From NCBI GenBank assembly GCA_045606425.1, contig JAZURV010000001.1, positions 6,904-70,903 of the forward strand: a stretch of DNA of 64,000 nucleotides, given 5' to 3'. Under the pieces are notes generated by a model. It had not been told where the DNA came from. It searched no databases and saw nothing but the letters and a program-made list of their open reading frames with translations. Shown here piece by piece: positions 36,645-46,072 of this stretch (within the stretch, counting starts at the first letter, position 1; each line of letters opens with the position of its first letter). Both the position numbers and the translations under genes were made by a program. Source of the DNA: Candidatus Enterousia sp. Lineage in GTDB: Bacteria > Pseudomonadota > Alphaproteobacteria > Rs-D84.

Positions 36645-36680
36645 AAAGGAAGATTGCTAAACAAAGCGCTTCCTTTTTTG
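36645..36680 (+). terminator. Intrinsic terminator after the protease gene
   Basis: Hairpin gaaaggaag-N16-cttccttt followed by a T-run. Confidence 0.5.
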
Positions 36681-36742
36681 TTTAATAAGTTTAACACGGA
36701 GAGATAACAAAAGGGGGGAGAAAGAAGGAAAGGAGGTGTACA

Positions 36743-38062
36743 ATGAGTGCACTAGTATTTGAAAATTTAAAAGTTGCGGATGTTCATGGTTATGAACATA
36801 ACGCAAAAACACATCCTGAATCTCAGGTACAACAGATTATATCTTCTATAACCAAATTTGGTTTTAATAATCCAATATTAATCGATGAAAACAATGAAAT
36901 TATCGCGGGCCATGGTCGTTTTTTGGCTGCTCAGGCAATGAATCTGGAAACTGTTCCAACGATAAAGCTTTCACATTTAACGGATGCGCAAAAACGCGCT
37001 TATAGATTGGCAGATAATAAGATTGCCGAAAATGGCGGCTGGAATAAAGAATTGCTAAGCCTTGAAATCAAAGATTTAGAAAAAATATGCCTGGACGATA
37101 ACTTTGTAATTCAAGATATCGGATTTAATGATGCGGAATTAGATTCAATCATTAACTTCACAGATGCAAAACCAATCAATCAGAAAACCAATGCTGTGCC
37201 ATTTATCCCAGAAGATGAAATCATATCCAAACCTGGTGATATATGGCAATTGGGCAAACATCGCATTATTTGTGGCGATAGTTTAAACTCAGATACATTT
37301 GTGAAACTGTTTGATGGTAAAAAGGCAGATATGGTTCTGCAAGATCCACCATATAATGTGAAAATTGATGGGCACGTCTGCGGTTCAGGTACGGTAAAGC
37401 ATAAAGAATTCGCAATGGCATCGGGGGAAATGACCACAAATGAATTCACAAAGTTTTTGGAAACCAATTTCAATCTATGTAAACAGTATTCCAATGATGG
37501 TTCTTTGCACTATAACTTTATGGATTGGCGTCATGTTTTGGAAATCACAACCGCGGGTAAGAATGTATTTGATAAATTCATCAATATGTGCGTATGGGTA
37601 AAAACATCTGGTGGTATGGGCAGTTTATACAGAAGCCAACACGAACTATGTTTTATATTCCAAAATGGCAAACAATCACATAATAACAACGTCCAATTGG
37701 GTAAATATGGCAGATACAGAACCAATGTATGGCAATACCCAGGCGTAAATGCGTTTGGCAAACACAAAGACGAAATACAAATGCATCCAACGGTTAAACC
37801 CGTAGAAATGATGAAAGATGCGATATTGGATGTATCCAAACGTGGCGATATTGTGTTAGATTGTTTCCTTGGTTCAGGTAGCACTTTAATTGCCTGCCAA
37901 CAATCTGGGCGTATTTGTTATGGCATAGAATATGAACCGCTTTATATAGATACAACAATACGGCGCTTTCAGAATTTATTCGGCATAGATGCGATAAATT
38001 TATCCGTCAACAAAACATACAACGAATTATTGAAAGAATACAAAGGGGGAAATAATGTCTGA
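36743..38062 (+). CDS. ParB-like nuclease domain fused to a beta-class DNA methyltransferase (N6-A or N4-C)
   Basis: ParBc N-terminus (NPILIDENNEIIAGHGRFLAA...RAYRLADNKI), DPPYN (motif IV), then the later DCFLGSGST (motif I). Confidence 0.8.
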   Translation: MSALVFENLKVADVHGYEHNAKTHPESQVQQIISSITKFGFNNPILIDENNEIIAGHGRFLAAQAMNLETVPTIKLSHLTDAQKRAYRLADNKIAENGGWNKELLSLEIKDLEKICLDDNFVIQDIGFNDAELDSIINFTDAKPINQKTNAVPFIPEDEIISKPGDIWQLGKHRIICGDSLNSDTFVKLFDGKKADMVLQDPPYNVKIDGHVCGSGTVKHKEFAMASGEMTTNEFTKFLETNFNLCKQYSNDGSLHYNFMDWRHVLEITTAGKNVFDKFINMCVWVKTSGGMGSLYRSQHELCFIFQNGKQSHNNNVQLGKYGRYRTNVWQYPGVNAFGKHKDEIQMHPTVKPVEMMKDAILDVSKRGDIVLDCFLGSGSTLIACQQSGRICYGIEYEPLYIDTTIRRFQNLFGIDAINLSVNKTYNELLKEYKGGNNV

Positions 38063-38459
38063 TTATGAAATAGGATATGGTCGCCCACCAAAATCAACAC
38101 GGTTTAAACTAGGTCAATCTGGTAATCCAAAGGGTCGTAAAAAAGGTTCTATGAATCTTGATACGATTTTGATGAAGGCTTTGGATGCGAAAATAACCGT
38201 TGAAACACCAGCCGGTACAAAGCGTATTACTAAAAAAGAAGCGATAGCTATGAGATTGGTAAACAAAGCGGCTATGGGCGATCCTAAATCAATACAAACA
38301 CTGTTGCCTTGGATGTCTAAAGTAGAAGAACGCAACAAATTAATCGCGCAAAAGTTAGAAGATGTAACCGAACAAGATGATATGATAATAAAAGGTTTTA
38401 TAGATGGTATCAGGACGAATAACGCCGCAACGTCAACTGCAAGCAATATTGAGGAATAA
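38055..38459 (+). CDS. DUF5681-type phage protein (small-terminase-like)
   Basis: GYGRPPKSTRFKLGQSGNPKGRKKG is the hallmark N-terminus of this family. It precedes a large-terminase fragment. Confidence 0.6.
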   Translation: MSDYEIGYGRPPKSTRFKLGQSGNPKGRKKGSMNLDTILMKALDAKITVETPAGTKRITKKEAIAMRLVNKAAMGDPKSIQTLLPWMSKVEERNKLIAQKLEDVTEQDDMIIKGFIDGIRTNNAATSTASNIEE

Positions 38460-38715
38460 CTTTAAAAGTTTTGTTATCAAGGTATTTCAAACAGTATCGA
38501 ATGATACATACCTTGATAACTGGCATATAGACGTTGTGTGTAATGAAATAGAACAAATGATATCTGGTAAAAATACAAGATTGATTGTTAATTTGCCACC
38601 ACGTAATATGAAATCCATTATTTGTTCTGTTGCATTACCTGCGTATTTGTTGGGTAAAATCTGCCAGAAACGGGGCGAAAAAGAACATCCCGCGGAATTA
38701 CCACGGGATGTCTAA
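38404..38715 (+). pseudogene. Phage terminase large subunit, N-terminal fragment truncated at the 83-bp direct repeat
   Basis: DNWHIDVVCNEIEQMISGKNTRLIVNLPPRNMKSIICSVALPAYLLGK is a terminase N-terminal ATPase motif. The frame then runs into repeat copy B and stops. Confidence 0.6.
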
Positions 38716-38733
38716 ACTTAGTGGCGGAGATGA
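38651..38733. repeat. 83-bp perfect direct repeat, copy B
   Basis: Identical to 33606-33688. Confidence 0.9.
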
Positions 38734-38827
38734 TTTTTTCTTGATAAACAATAATAAAAATCTATAAAAACTCGTATTAAAAAACTCCGTTTTTATGATT
38801 TTTCTAATTGTTCATCTGCGGATTGGT

Positions 38828-38923
38828 CATGCGCAACTTTGTTGCTCTGACCCATCCCTTCATCCCGCCTGTTAAAACCAAAAACCCGCCAAAAGGCGGG
38901 TTTTAAAGTTTTAATGTGGCGGA
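38828..38923 (-). repeat. Direct-repeat copy R1b (native 3' flank of tRNA-Ser, including its terminator)
   Basis: Near-identical to 24373-24466. It contains the hairpin aaaacccgcc-aaaa-ggcgggtttt. Confidence 0.85.
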
Positions 38924-39007
38924 GATGAAGGGATTCGAACCCTTGATACCGTTGCCGGTATACCACATTTCCAATGTGGCGCACTAGACCAACTATGCGA
39001 CATCTCC
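38917..39007 (-). tRNA. tRNA-Ser(GGA)
   Basis: The reverse complement GGAGATGTCGCATAGTTGGTCTAGTGCGCCACATTGGAAATGTGGTATACCGGCAACGGTATCAAGGGTTCGAATCCCTTCATCTCCGCCA has a long variable arm and anticodon loop TTGGAAA. Confidence 0.9.
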
Positions 39008-39015
39008 GGATTTTT

Positions 39016-39399
39016 TTATTCTTCGTCTTCTGATGCGTCTGGGGTATCGTCTTCGGCGGCGGCATCTGCTGCATCTGCATCGTCCATTAACGAATTTTCC
39101 AATTCAGCATCTATTTCGCGCAACATAGGGTCTTCGCTGGCAATTTCCAATGAAGAATCTGCTTCGATTGCGGTCGGTGTATCTTTATAAGACTGTACAA
39201 ATTCGTGACGAACCTGATTGACATCTAATTTTCCACTGGCGATTTCGCGCAGGGCAACAACTGTCAATTTATCATTGGTTTTTTCAACGACTGGTGTTGC
39301 GCCACCATTCAAATCGCGAACGCGCTGAGATGCCAGCATTCCCAGTTCATAACGGCTTTCTACAAACGGTAAAGTGTCAGAATTTGTTACACGTGCCAT
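39016..39399 (-). CDS. rpoZ: DNA-directed RNA polymerase omega subunit
   Basis: MARVTNSD...SRYELGMLASQRVRDL plus an acidic C-terminal tail. Confidence 0.8.
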   Translation of the reverse strand: MARVTNSDTLPFVESRYELGMLASQRVRDLNGGATPVVEKTNDKLTVVALREIASGKLDVNQVRHEFVQSYKDTPTAIEADSSLEIASEDPMLREIDAELENSLMDDADAADAAAEDDTPDASEDEE

Positions 39400-39472
39400 A
39401 ATAAAATCCTTTGTTGAAATATTTTATATCCACGATATAATGACCCAAAGGCGTACAAAAATCAAGAAAAAA

Positions 39473-40705
39473 ATGAATATCAGAACATTATCTTTTGGTT
39501 GTCGTTTGAATGCGATAGAATGTGAAAAGATTTCGACAATGTTGTCGGGCGTTGTTGACAATGCGATTGTTGTGAATACTTGTTCTGTCACAGCAGAGGC
39601 AGAACGTCAGTGTGCGCAAACCGTGCGGCGTATTTCGCGTGAAAACCCAAATGCAGTAATTTTTGTGTCGGGGTGTGGCGCGACGCGCAATCCAGGATTG
39701 TTTTCTGAAATACAACGCGTAATTGTGATAGACAACAAAGACAAAATGAATTTACAGGTGTATATTGCCGCGTTAAAAAATGCTGATATAGACCCAAAAA
39801 CATCACATATAGACATTTTTAAATCAAACGAAGACAAATTATCAAAGAAATTTATCAGGGTTCAAAATGGTTGTAATCACGATTGCACATATTGTATAAC
39901 GCGATTTTTGCGCGGGCCGAATATTTCATACCCATATGCTGAAATTTTATCGGACGCGCGTGTTGCGGTTGCAAACGGCTTTTATGAATTGGTTCTGACC
40001 GGGGTCGATACTGCATCATATTTAACGCGCGATGAAAACGGTGAAATATTTATGTTGGATGATTTGTGTGCGTCACTGTTGCGCGATGTGCCAGAAATGA
40101 AACATTTGCGCCTGTCGTCCATAGACCCTGCGTCGCCGACTGTCCCGCGCATTATTGAAATTATGAAACAGGATTCGCGATTTATGCCACATCTGCATTT
40201 GTCGATGCAGTCTGGGTGTGATACGATATTGCGGGCGATGCGTCGCCGGCATGATGCAACCAAATTGCGCGAATTGGTGCGCCTGGTGGACGGTGTGGTT
40301 TCGTTCAGCGCGGATATAATCTGTGGTTTCCCGGGCGAAACAGACGAATTATTTAATGAAACCGCGGAATTGGTTCGCGAAATAGGGCTGATAAATGTAC
40401 ATGCGTTTCCGTTTTCGCCGCGTCCTGGAACCGTTGCGGCAGATATGCCAAACCAGATAAATCATGCGATATCTAAAAAACGCGTAAAAATTATTTACGA
40501 TATTGTCGCGCAGAACAGATTGCAATTTATGACGAAACAAATCGGAAAAACAGTGTCTGTCTTAATCGAAGAAAATAACACCGGTCGCACGCCTGACGAT
40601 ATAGATGTAAAAATATCAGGTGCCAAAATCGCAAATAAAACAATATGTAATGTTAAATTGACAGGTATTGAAAACGAATCTTTCGTTGGGGTAATATCTG
40701 CCTAG
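39473..40705 (+). CDS. MiaB/MtaB-family radical SAM methylthiotransferase (MtaB-like)
   Basis: UPF0004 N-terminus LSFGCRLN, CNHDCTYC, and a TRAM-like C-terminus. Confidence 0.8.
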   Translation: MNIRTLSFGCRLNAIECEKISTMLSGVVDNAIVVNTCSVTAEAERQCAQTVRRISRENPNAVIFVSGCGATRNPGLFSEIQRVIVIDNKDKMNLQVYIAALKNADIDPKTSHIDIFKSNEDKLSKKFIRVQNGCNHDCTYCITRFLRGPNISYPYAEILSDARVAVANGFYELVLTGVDTASYLTRDENGEIFMLDDLCASLLRDVPEMKHLRLSSIDPASPTVPRIIEIMKQDSRFMPHLHLSMQSGCDTILRAMRRRHDATKLRELVRLVDGVVSFSADIICGFPGETDELFNETAELVREIGLINVHAFPFSPRPGTVAADMPNQINHAISKKRVKIIYDIVAQNRLQFMTKQIGKTVSVLIEENNTGRTPDDIDVKISGAKIANKTICNVKLTGIENESFVGVISA

Positions 40706-41238
40706 TCTGAATCGACATCGGATTGTGTTGCGATGATTATATGTTCGATAATATCAGAATCTTTGTCGTGTATGTTGACTTTTTTTGATGGTTTTACATC
40801 TTTGTTTTCCAATTCATCGAATATGTTGTTCAATTTTTGTATAGAACTGTTTGCGCAACCGCGGCCGCGCCATGATAATATTTCATTATTGTTTGTTCTG
40901 TCGATTATTGAAACATTGAAATTCCACCACCAAAACCCATTAAAGGCGCACCAAATCGGACGCAGTATTTCGTTGCGTTCTTTTACATTGACTGCATATT
41001 TTGCATTATTCGGAATGCTATAGGCTTCTTTACCAGATAACTCGGACACGCGAATCAGTTTGCCAACGCTTACATTGTATCCGCGTTTTTCCATTACTTC
41101 TTTGACAGAGCGCGCCATAGAATAGCCTGCGCGTGGTGCATAAATCAGTTCACGTGTATCCAGTGTATGTGGTTTATAATATACACTGTTGCAACCCGAA
41201 ACGACAAAACACAATAAAACAATAACAAATGTGCGCAT
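40702..41238 (-). CDS. Hypothetical lipoprotein
   Basis: MRTFVIVLLCFVVSGC lipobox. Confidence 0.5.
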   Translation of the reverse strand: MRTFVIVLLCFVVSGCNSVYYKPHTLDTRELIYAPRAGYSMARSVKEVMEKRGYNVSVGKLIRVSELSGKEAYSIPNNAKYAVNVKERNEILRPIWCAFNGFWWWNFNVSIIDRTNNNEILSWRGRGCANSSIQKLNNIFDELENKDVKPSKKVNIHDKDSDIIEHIIIATQSDVDSD

Positions 41239-41337
41239 GAATAAATTCCTTTTTTGGGATTCTAGCCCATTGTGGAAATTTAAATCAAGCATAAAAAAAC
41301 CGCCGTGCAGGCGGTTTCGTTTGATTTGTTGTGCGCA

Positions 41338-42243
41338 TTAAATACTGTCTGCGTTGACCCATTTGCCGGCCTTTAACAGACCTGGTGCCATACCTTTTTC
41401 GCTGCGCAAAGAATCTATTACGCGGCGCGCATTTGCTGCGTCCAAATCTATAATACGAACCTTGTACATGTCACCTTCGCGAACAACAGTTGCATTTCCG
41501 TATGGTGCCAATTCGCGTGCCAGTGCGTTTGCGTTATCTTCGCTGTAAACTGCGGCAACCTGTACACTGTAATCGCCGGCTGCTGCAAGTGGTGCAGGTG
41601 CCGTGGCTGGTGCTGTTTCAACAACGGTTGCTGTTTCAACTGTCACTGGTGCCGCTGCAACCGGGGCAGGTTCTGTTTTTGCGACTTCGCCCAATGTTGC
41701 GTTTTTCACAGTGGTTGATTCATTTGGCAATACCTGAATTTGAACCTTTGCAGTGCCATTCATACCGATTTGTTGTGCCGCTGCTGTGGATAAATCCATA
41801 ATACGAGTATTTACGAATGGACCACGGTTGTTTACACGCACAACCACGGAATTTCCATTGTCCAAATTGGTCACCTTTACAATAGATGGCAAAGGCAAAG
41901 TTTTACTGGTTGCGACCAATTGGTTTGAATCGAATGTTTCGCCATCGCTGGTCTTAGAACCATTCAGTTCCACCGGAACGATACCTGCGATACCTGTTTG
42001 ATTATATGTCAAATCTTCGCCTGGGATATATTGTACATCTTCGATTTTATATGGGCTGCCGATGTAGTATTTGGGTGCTGCTGCCATCAAATAGGCATCG
42101 GTATTCAAATTATTTTGTGCTGGCGCCAATTGTTCTTCTTCGAATCCTGCGTCGCCGTATTGCGCGTTATTACCAGAAGAATTTAAATCCATACAGCCCG
42201 CGACCAGGGCGGTCAAAACTGTCAAAGATACGATTTTTTTCAT
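41338..42243 (-). CDS. rlpA: Septal ring lytic transglycosylase RlpA (DPBB domain plus C-terminal SPOR domain)
   Basis: Lipobox LVAGC, NGSKTSDGETFDSNQLVATSKTLPLPSIVKVTNLDNGNSVVVRVNNRGPF, and SPOR-like YSVQVAAVYSEDNA. Confidence 0.85.
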   Translation of the reverse strand: MKKIVSLTVLTALVAGCMDLNSSGNNAQYGDAGFEEEQLAPAQNNLNTDAYLMAAAPKYYIGSPYKIEDVQYIPGEDLTYNQTGIAGIVPVELNGSKTSDGETFDSNQLVATSKTLPLPSIVKVTNLDNGNSVVVRVNNRGPFVNTRIMDLSTAAAQQIGMNGTAKVQIQVLPNESTTVKNATLGEVAKTEPAPVAAAPVTVETATVVETAPATAPAPLAAAGDYSVQVAAVYSEDNANALARELAPYGNATVVREGDMYKVRIIDLDAANARRVIDSLRSEKGMAPGLLKAGKWVNADSI

Positions 42244-42349
42244 ATTCTCACTCCTTGTTGTGGGATAATTGTTTTTATCTCATAATAGCATTCTATCATA
42301 AAAAAGGGGTGTTTGCAAATTTTATTTTGTGTTTCCCTGGCAGAATTGT

Positions 42350-42832
42350 TTATCTGACATGCAATAGAGATTTTTTCTGCAAAGACGATATAAGTGTTTT
42401 AATTTCTGGTATAGCCGTATCATCAAAAGACGGTACAATTATCGAACGCAACCGTGTATCAGAAAATCTTATTGAATACGTGGGATTAACAGGGTCGTTA
42501 TGTGATATGTGTAACACAAACAGCGTTGGGACCATAAAAAAAGTTGTTTTATCTTTGTTATGGTATATTTTTTTATGGTTGTATTTATTAACAATAGACG
42601 TCAGGTCATCAACAAGAATACCTACTGTTTTATCAAGACTAGGCCAATCTTTAGTTTGGGGTACCGTAAAAAGACCGTAATGTCCGTTGTTTTCCCAAAT
42701 AACAGGGTGACCGTTGTTTAAGGTATAGGCGCCAACAACAGGATTGTAAGTTAGCATAAAATGAAAATAGTTGTATGTTTCGTACACCATTTTATCAATC
42801 GGCATATCTAACAATTGTTTTGGTATAGGCAT
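42350..42832 (-). CDS. Hypothetical protein
   Basis: An ORF with plausible composition. No motif recognised. Confidence 0.4.
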   Translation of the reverse strand: MPIPKQLLDMPIDKMVYETYNYFHFMLTYNPVVGAYTLNNGHPVIWENNGHYGLFTVPQTKDWPSLDKTVGILVDDLTSIVNKYNHKKIYHNKDKTTFFMVPTLFVLHISHNDPVNPTYSIRFSDTRLRSIIVPSFDDTAIPEIKTLISSLQKKSLLHVR

Positions 42833-42933
42833 CGCGCTACCTTGCTCTAAGATGTTTTTCTTGCTTATACTAACAAAACTTGTTTAAAAGTCAAGTTGGT
42901 TCAGATTTCTTTACCAAGAAAGTTTTATCGCTT

Positions 42934-44400
42934 TTATTTTATTAAAAACCTGTCGATTATGAAAACGGTTGGCAAATACAGCAATCCAAACACCGCAATC
43001 GCGATCCCCAGTACAAACACATTCGAAATGTTTATCATGCTAAGCCCGTACCCCAACACGGTTGCAATCAGGACAAACACGAACATTGCCAATATAGTTT
43101 TTGAATTCGTTTTCACCAATCCGCGTTTGCGACACACGCGTCCCAAAAGGTAATTTTTCACATACCCACTGACCACCACACCAACAGGAATTGACAGGTA
43201 CCCAATTATTGGGAATAACGCCAGATAAATCACTGTTGCCACGCCCAGTGAAATAATGCTGGTACGGACGGGGGTGTTTACATCTTGGGACGCATAAAGG
43301 GTTTTGCTGTAAATCTGGCTTATCAACATTGCGGGCAACACTAAACATTGAATCTTTATCGCGTTGGCGACCGCGATGGTTGAATCGTGGGTCCATGCAC
43401 CGTGTTGGAACAAAATGCGAATAATTGGTTCTGCCAAAACAAACAACCCAACCATGCACGGTATAATCAGCATCATAGACCGGCGCATAGAAGAATTTTG
43501 TTGCAGATATACACTGCGCATATTGCCATCGGTCAATGCTTTCGAAATGGAAGAAATCAAGACAGTCCCAACCGCCAACCCAATCATCGCAAATGGTAAT
43601 TGTACCATGCGGTCTGAATAATACAGCCACGATACAGCGCCTGATTGCCAACTGGCGACCAATGTTCCAACTATGATAGTTATTTGATAGAATCCGGAAC
43701 CGACCAAACTGACACCAAATCTTTTAAACATGCTTTTAATCTGGGCGTTCCAGTGCGGTATAATTAAACGCAATCCAAAATGTTTGGCGCGTATTCGTTG
43801 CCACATGACCAGGAACTGTATAATTCCGGACAAAACGACTGTTGCCGCCATGACATAAATAATATACTGATTTCCGTATAACACAGATGCGCCCAGCGCA
43901 CATATCAACATAACATTTAATAACACAGGCATAAACGCAGCCAATAAAAAGCGTGAATGCGCATTAAGGACAGCGGACAAAAACGCTGCGCCACAAATAA
44001 ATATAACATAAAAGAACATTATTCGCGCAATCGTGACGGTCAGTTGCATCTTGCCAGGGTCTTCTGAAAAACCGGGCGCCAATATCCATACAACCAGTGG
44101 CATAAATATTTCAAATACTATGGTCAAACCTAGCAATATAACCATCAGCCATGAAAACACATTTTTTGCGAACCCCTGGTCTTTCTTCATGTCGGTGTAC
44201 ATTGGGATAAATATAGCGGACAGCGCGCCTTCGCCCAGTAAATCGCGAAACAGGTTTGGCAATTTGAACGCCGCAAAGAAGATGTCAGACATGCGTCCTG
44301 CGCCCAGGAATCGTGCAATCAACATGTCGCGAATAAAACCAAAAATACGACTGATACCCGTCATAGCGCCAACACCGAATATATTTTTTCCTAATTTCAT
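42934..44400 (-). CDS. murJ: Lipid II flippase MurJ
   Basis: SRIFGFIRDMLIARFLGAG..SDIFFAAFKLPNLFRDLLGEGALSAIFIP. Confidence 0.9.
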   Translation of the reverse strand: MKLGKNIFGVGAMTGISRIFGFIRDMLIARFLGAGRMSDIFFAAFKLPNLFRDLLGEGALSAIFIPMYTDMKKDQGFAKNVFSWLMVILLGLTIVFEIFMPLVVWILAPGFSEDPGKMQLTVTIARIMFFYVIFICGAAFLSAVLNAHSRFLLAAFMPVLLNVMLICALGASVLYGNQYIIYVMAATVVLSGIIQFLVMWQRIRAKHFGLRLIIPHWNAQIKSMFKRFGVSLVGSGFYQITIIVGTLVASWQSGAVSWLYYSDRMVQLPFAMIGLAVGTVLISSISKALTDGNMRSVYLQQNSSMRRSMMLIIPCMVGLFVLAEPIIRILFQHGAWTHDSTIAVANAIKIQCLVLPAMLISQIYSKTLYASQDVNTPVRTSIISLGVATVIYLALFPIIGYLSIPVGVVVSGYVKNYLLGRVCRKRGLVKTNSKTILAMFVFVLIATVLGYGLSMINISNVFVLGIAIAVFGLLYLPTVFIIDRFLIK

Positions 44401-44472
44401 AACAAAACCTATTTTTTACTTTTATTTTTATATGTCTTTCATTATACTGCGAATACAAAAGGAATTTCAAGC

Positions 44473-45192
44473 ATGAAAAAAATTGCAGTGTTATTGTGTT
44501 GTTTGCCGTTGTTGTATGCGTGTGGTGGCGGGGAAGAAATCAAACCAGAACGCCCATTGGAAGATATCTATGCAGATGCGTACAAAGAATTCAATAAAAA
44601 GCACTATGAAGAAGCGGCAGATTTATTTCAAACTGCGGAATCTCAGTATCCGTCTAACCCCTGGTCTGCAGATGCGCTGGTTATGATGGCGTATTCGCGT
44701 TATATGGACAATGATTTTGCAGGCGCAATTCTGGCGATTGACAGATATATGCGATTTCACCCTGGACATAAAGATGTGCCATATATGATGTATTTGCGCG
44801 GTATGTGTTATTATCGCCAGGTCAGTGATGTTCGCCGTGACCCTGAAATGTCTGCGTTTGCCCTGCAACAGTTTCAGCAATTGGTCCAGCGGTTCCCGCA
44901 CAGTGAATATGCTAAAAACGCAGAAAACAAAATAATTATCCTAAAAAACTATATCGCAGGCAAGGTTATGTATGCTGCGCGTAACGATATGGATAACGAA
45001 AATTGGACATCGGCGATAACGCGTCTGCAATCTGTTGTGGCAACTGCCCAGGAAACAGTCATGACACCCGAAGCGATGTTCCGGTTGACAGAATGTTATA
45101 CTGCAATCGGGTTGCCAGAACAGGCGGCGGGTTTTGCAAAAATGTTGCGTAAAAATTTCCCAGATAATGAATGGACAAAAAAGTTAAAATAA
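44473..45192 (+). CDS. bamD: Outer membrane protein assembly factor BamD
   Basis: Lipobox LLYACGG. TPR-like repeats with PWSADALVMMAYSRYM and HPGHKDVPYMMYLRGMCYY. Confidence 0.85.
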   Translation: MKKIAVLLCCLPLLYACGGGEEIKPERPLEDIYADAYKEFNKKHYEEAADLFQTAESQYPSNPWSADALVMMAYSRYMDNDFAGAILAIDRYMRFHPGHKDVPYMMYLRGMCYYRQVSDVRRDPEMSAFALQQFQQLVQRFPHSEYAKNAENKIIILKNYIAGKVMYAARNDMDNENWTSAITRLQSVVATAQETVMTPEAMFRLTECYTAIGLPEQAAGFAKMLRKNFPDNEWTKKLK

Positions 45193-45195
45193 AAA

Positions 45196-45220
45196 AACCG
45201 CAAATTGCGGTTTTTTTTAT
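45196..45220. terminator. Bidirectional intrinsic terminator
   Basis: Hairpin aaccgcaaattgcggtt flanked by A7 and T8. Confidence 0.7.
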
Positions 45221-45960
45221 CTTTGTTTTTCAATCAGGTCTTTGATAAATAAATCAACAGGCACTGGTGCTGCTGGGGTTGGCCCGCTTTGTCCGTTATA
45301 ATGGCTTGCCTGGTTTTCGTTATACTGTTTGCGTTCACCACGGAATTCGTCGTAGTATATTTGACCAATACGCATATATGGGTAAACAACAGTTGGATGA
45401 AGGACGCGAATTTCCAACGTCCATGTTCCGCAGAATCCGTCATCACCACGACCTGCGGTATGGTGGTTTAATATAAAATTGCGACCTAAACTTGATTTCC
45501 CATCTATGTATGGGAACAGATTATAGGTTTCTGTATATTCAACAGTAGAAGCCAGATATCCAAATTGCGGGTTTAAAATCGCGCCAGTTTCAGGAATTTC
45601 GAATTCTATGGTTGCTTTTTCTTTTGTTGGATCGATTAAGAATTTAGGGTTACGAAAGTCGTATTCTGGATTTGCGTGTTCGCAACACATGTATGCGCCC
45701 CTACCATTATAGTCATCATAAAACCAATCACGCATAGAATATTCTTTGCCTGGCTTATATGGAATATAAGGGCGCATGCCGTTTGGAATGGTATCTTTGT
45801 AAACTTTAAATATTGGTGACAAATGCAAATCATAACTATTGGACCCTAAACACCTTTCGTCAAAAGGCTTTATGATAATATTGGGTCTGCCGTATTCACC
45901 GGGATTGGCAGGGTTATTTAATTTCATTTGTCTTAAAATTTCTGGACCGCTTAACTGCAT
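45217..45960 (-). CDS. dcd: dCTP deaminase family protein (long form with an internal insertion)
   Basis: DGKSSLGRNFILNHHTAGRGDDGFCGTWTLEI matches the G.SS.gR.G...H.tAg..DpGf.G..TLE core. Confidence 0.7.
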   Translation of the reverse strand: MQLSGPEILRQMKLNNPANPGEYGRPNIIIKPFDERCLGSNSYDLHLSPIFKVYKDTIPNGMRPYIPYKPGKEYSMRDWFYDDYNGRGAYMCCEHANPEYDFRNPKFLIDPTKEKATIEFEIPETGAILNPQFGYLASTVEYTETYNLFPYIDGKSSLGRNFILNHHTAGRGDDGFCGTWTLEIRVLHPTVVYPYMRIGQIYYDEFRGERKQYNENQASHYNGQSGPTPAAPVPVDLFIKDLIEKQR

Positions 45961-46072
45961 AGTTGTTTTTCCTTATCGGTTGGTCTCTCTCTGTCCCAGA
46001 AAACATAACACAGAAATGTTTCTTTGCAAGGTTTTTGTTGTGTTTTCAAAAACTTGTGCTATTCTTGCGGGT

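Noticed and set aside
42006-42680. 224-aa plus-strand ORF
   Set aside because: It overlaps the 5' end of rlpA and the minus-strand ORF 42350-42832 in antisense. Its composition is Leu/Ile/Arg-rich and non-protein-like, and there is no RBS.
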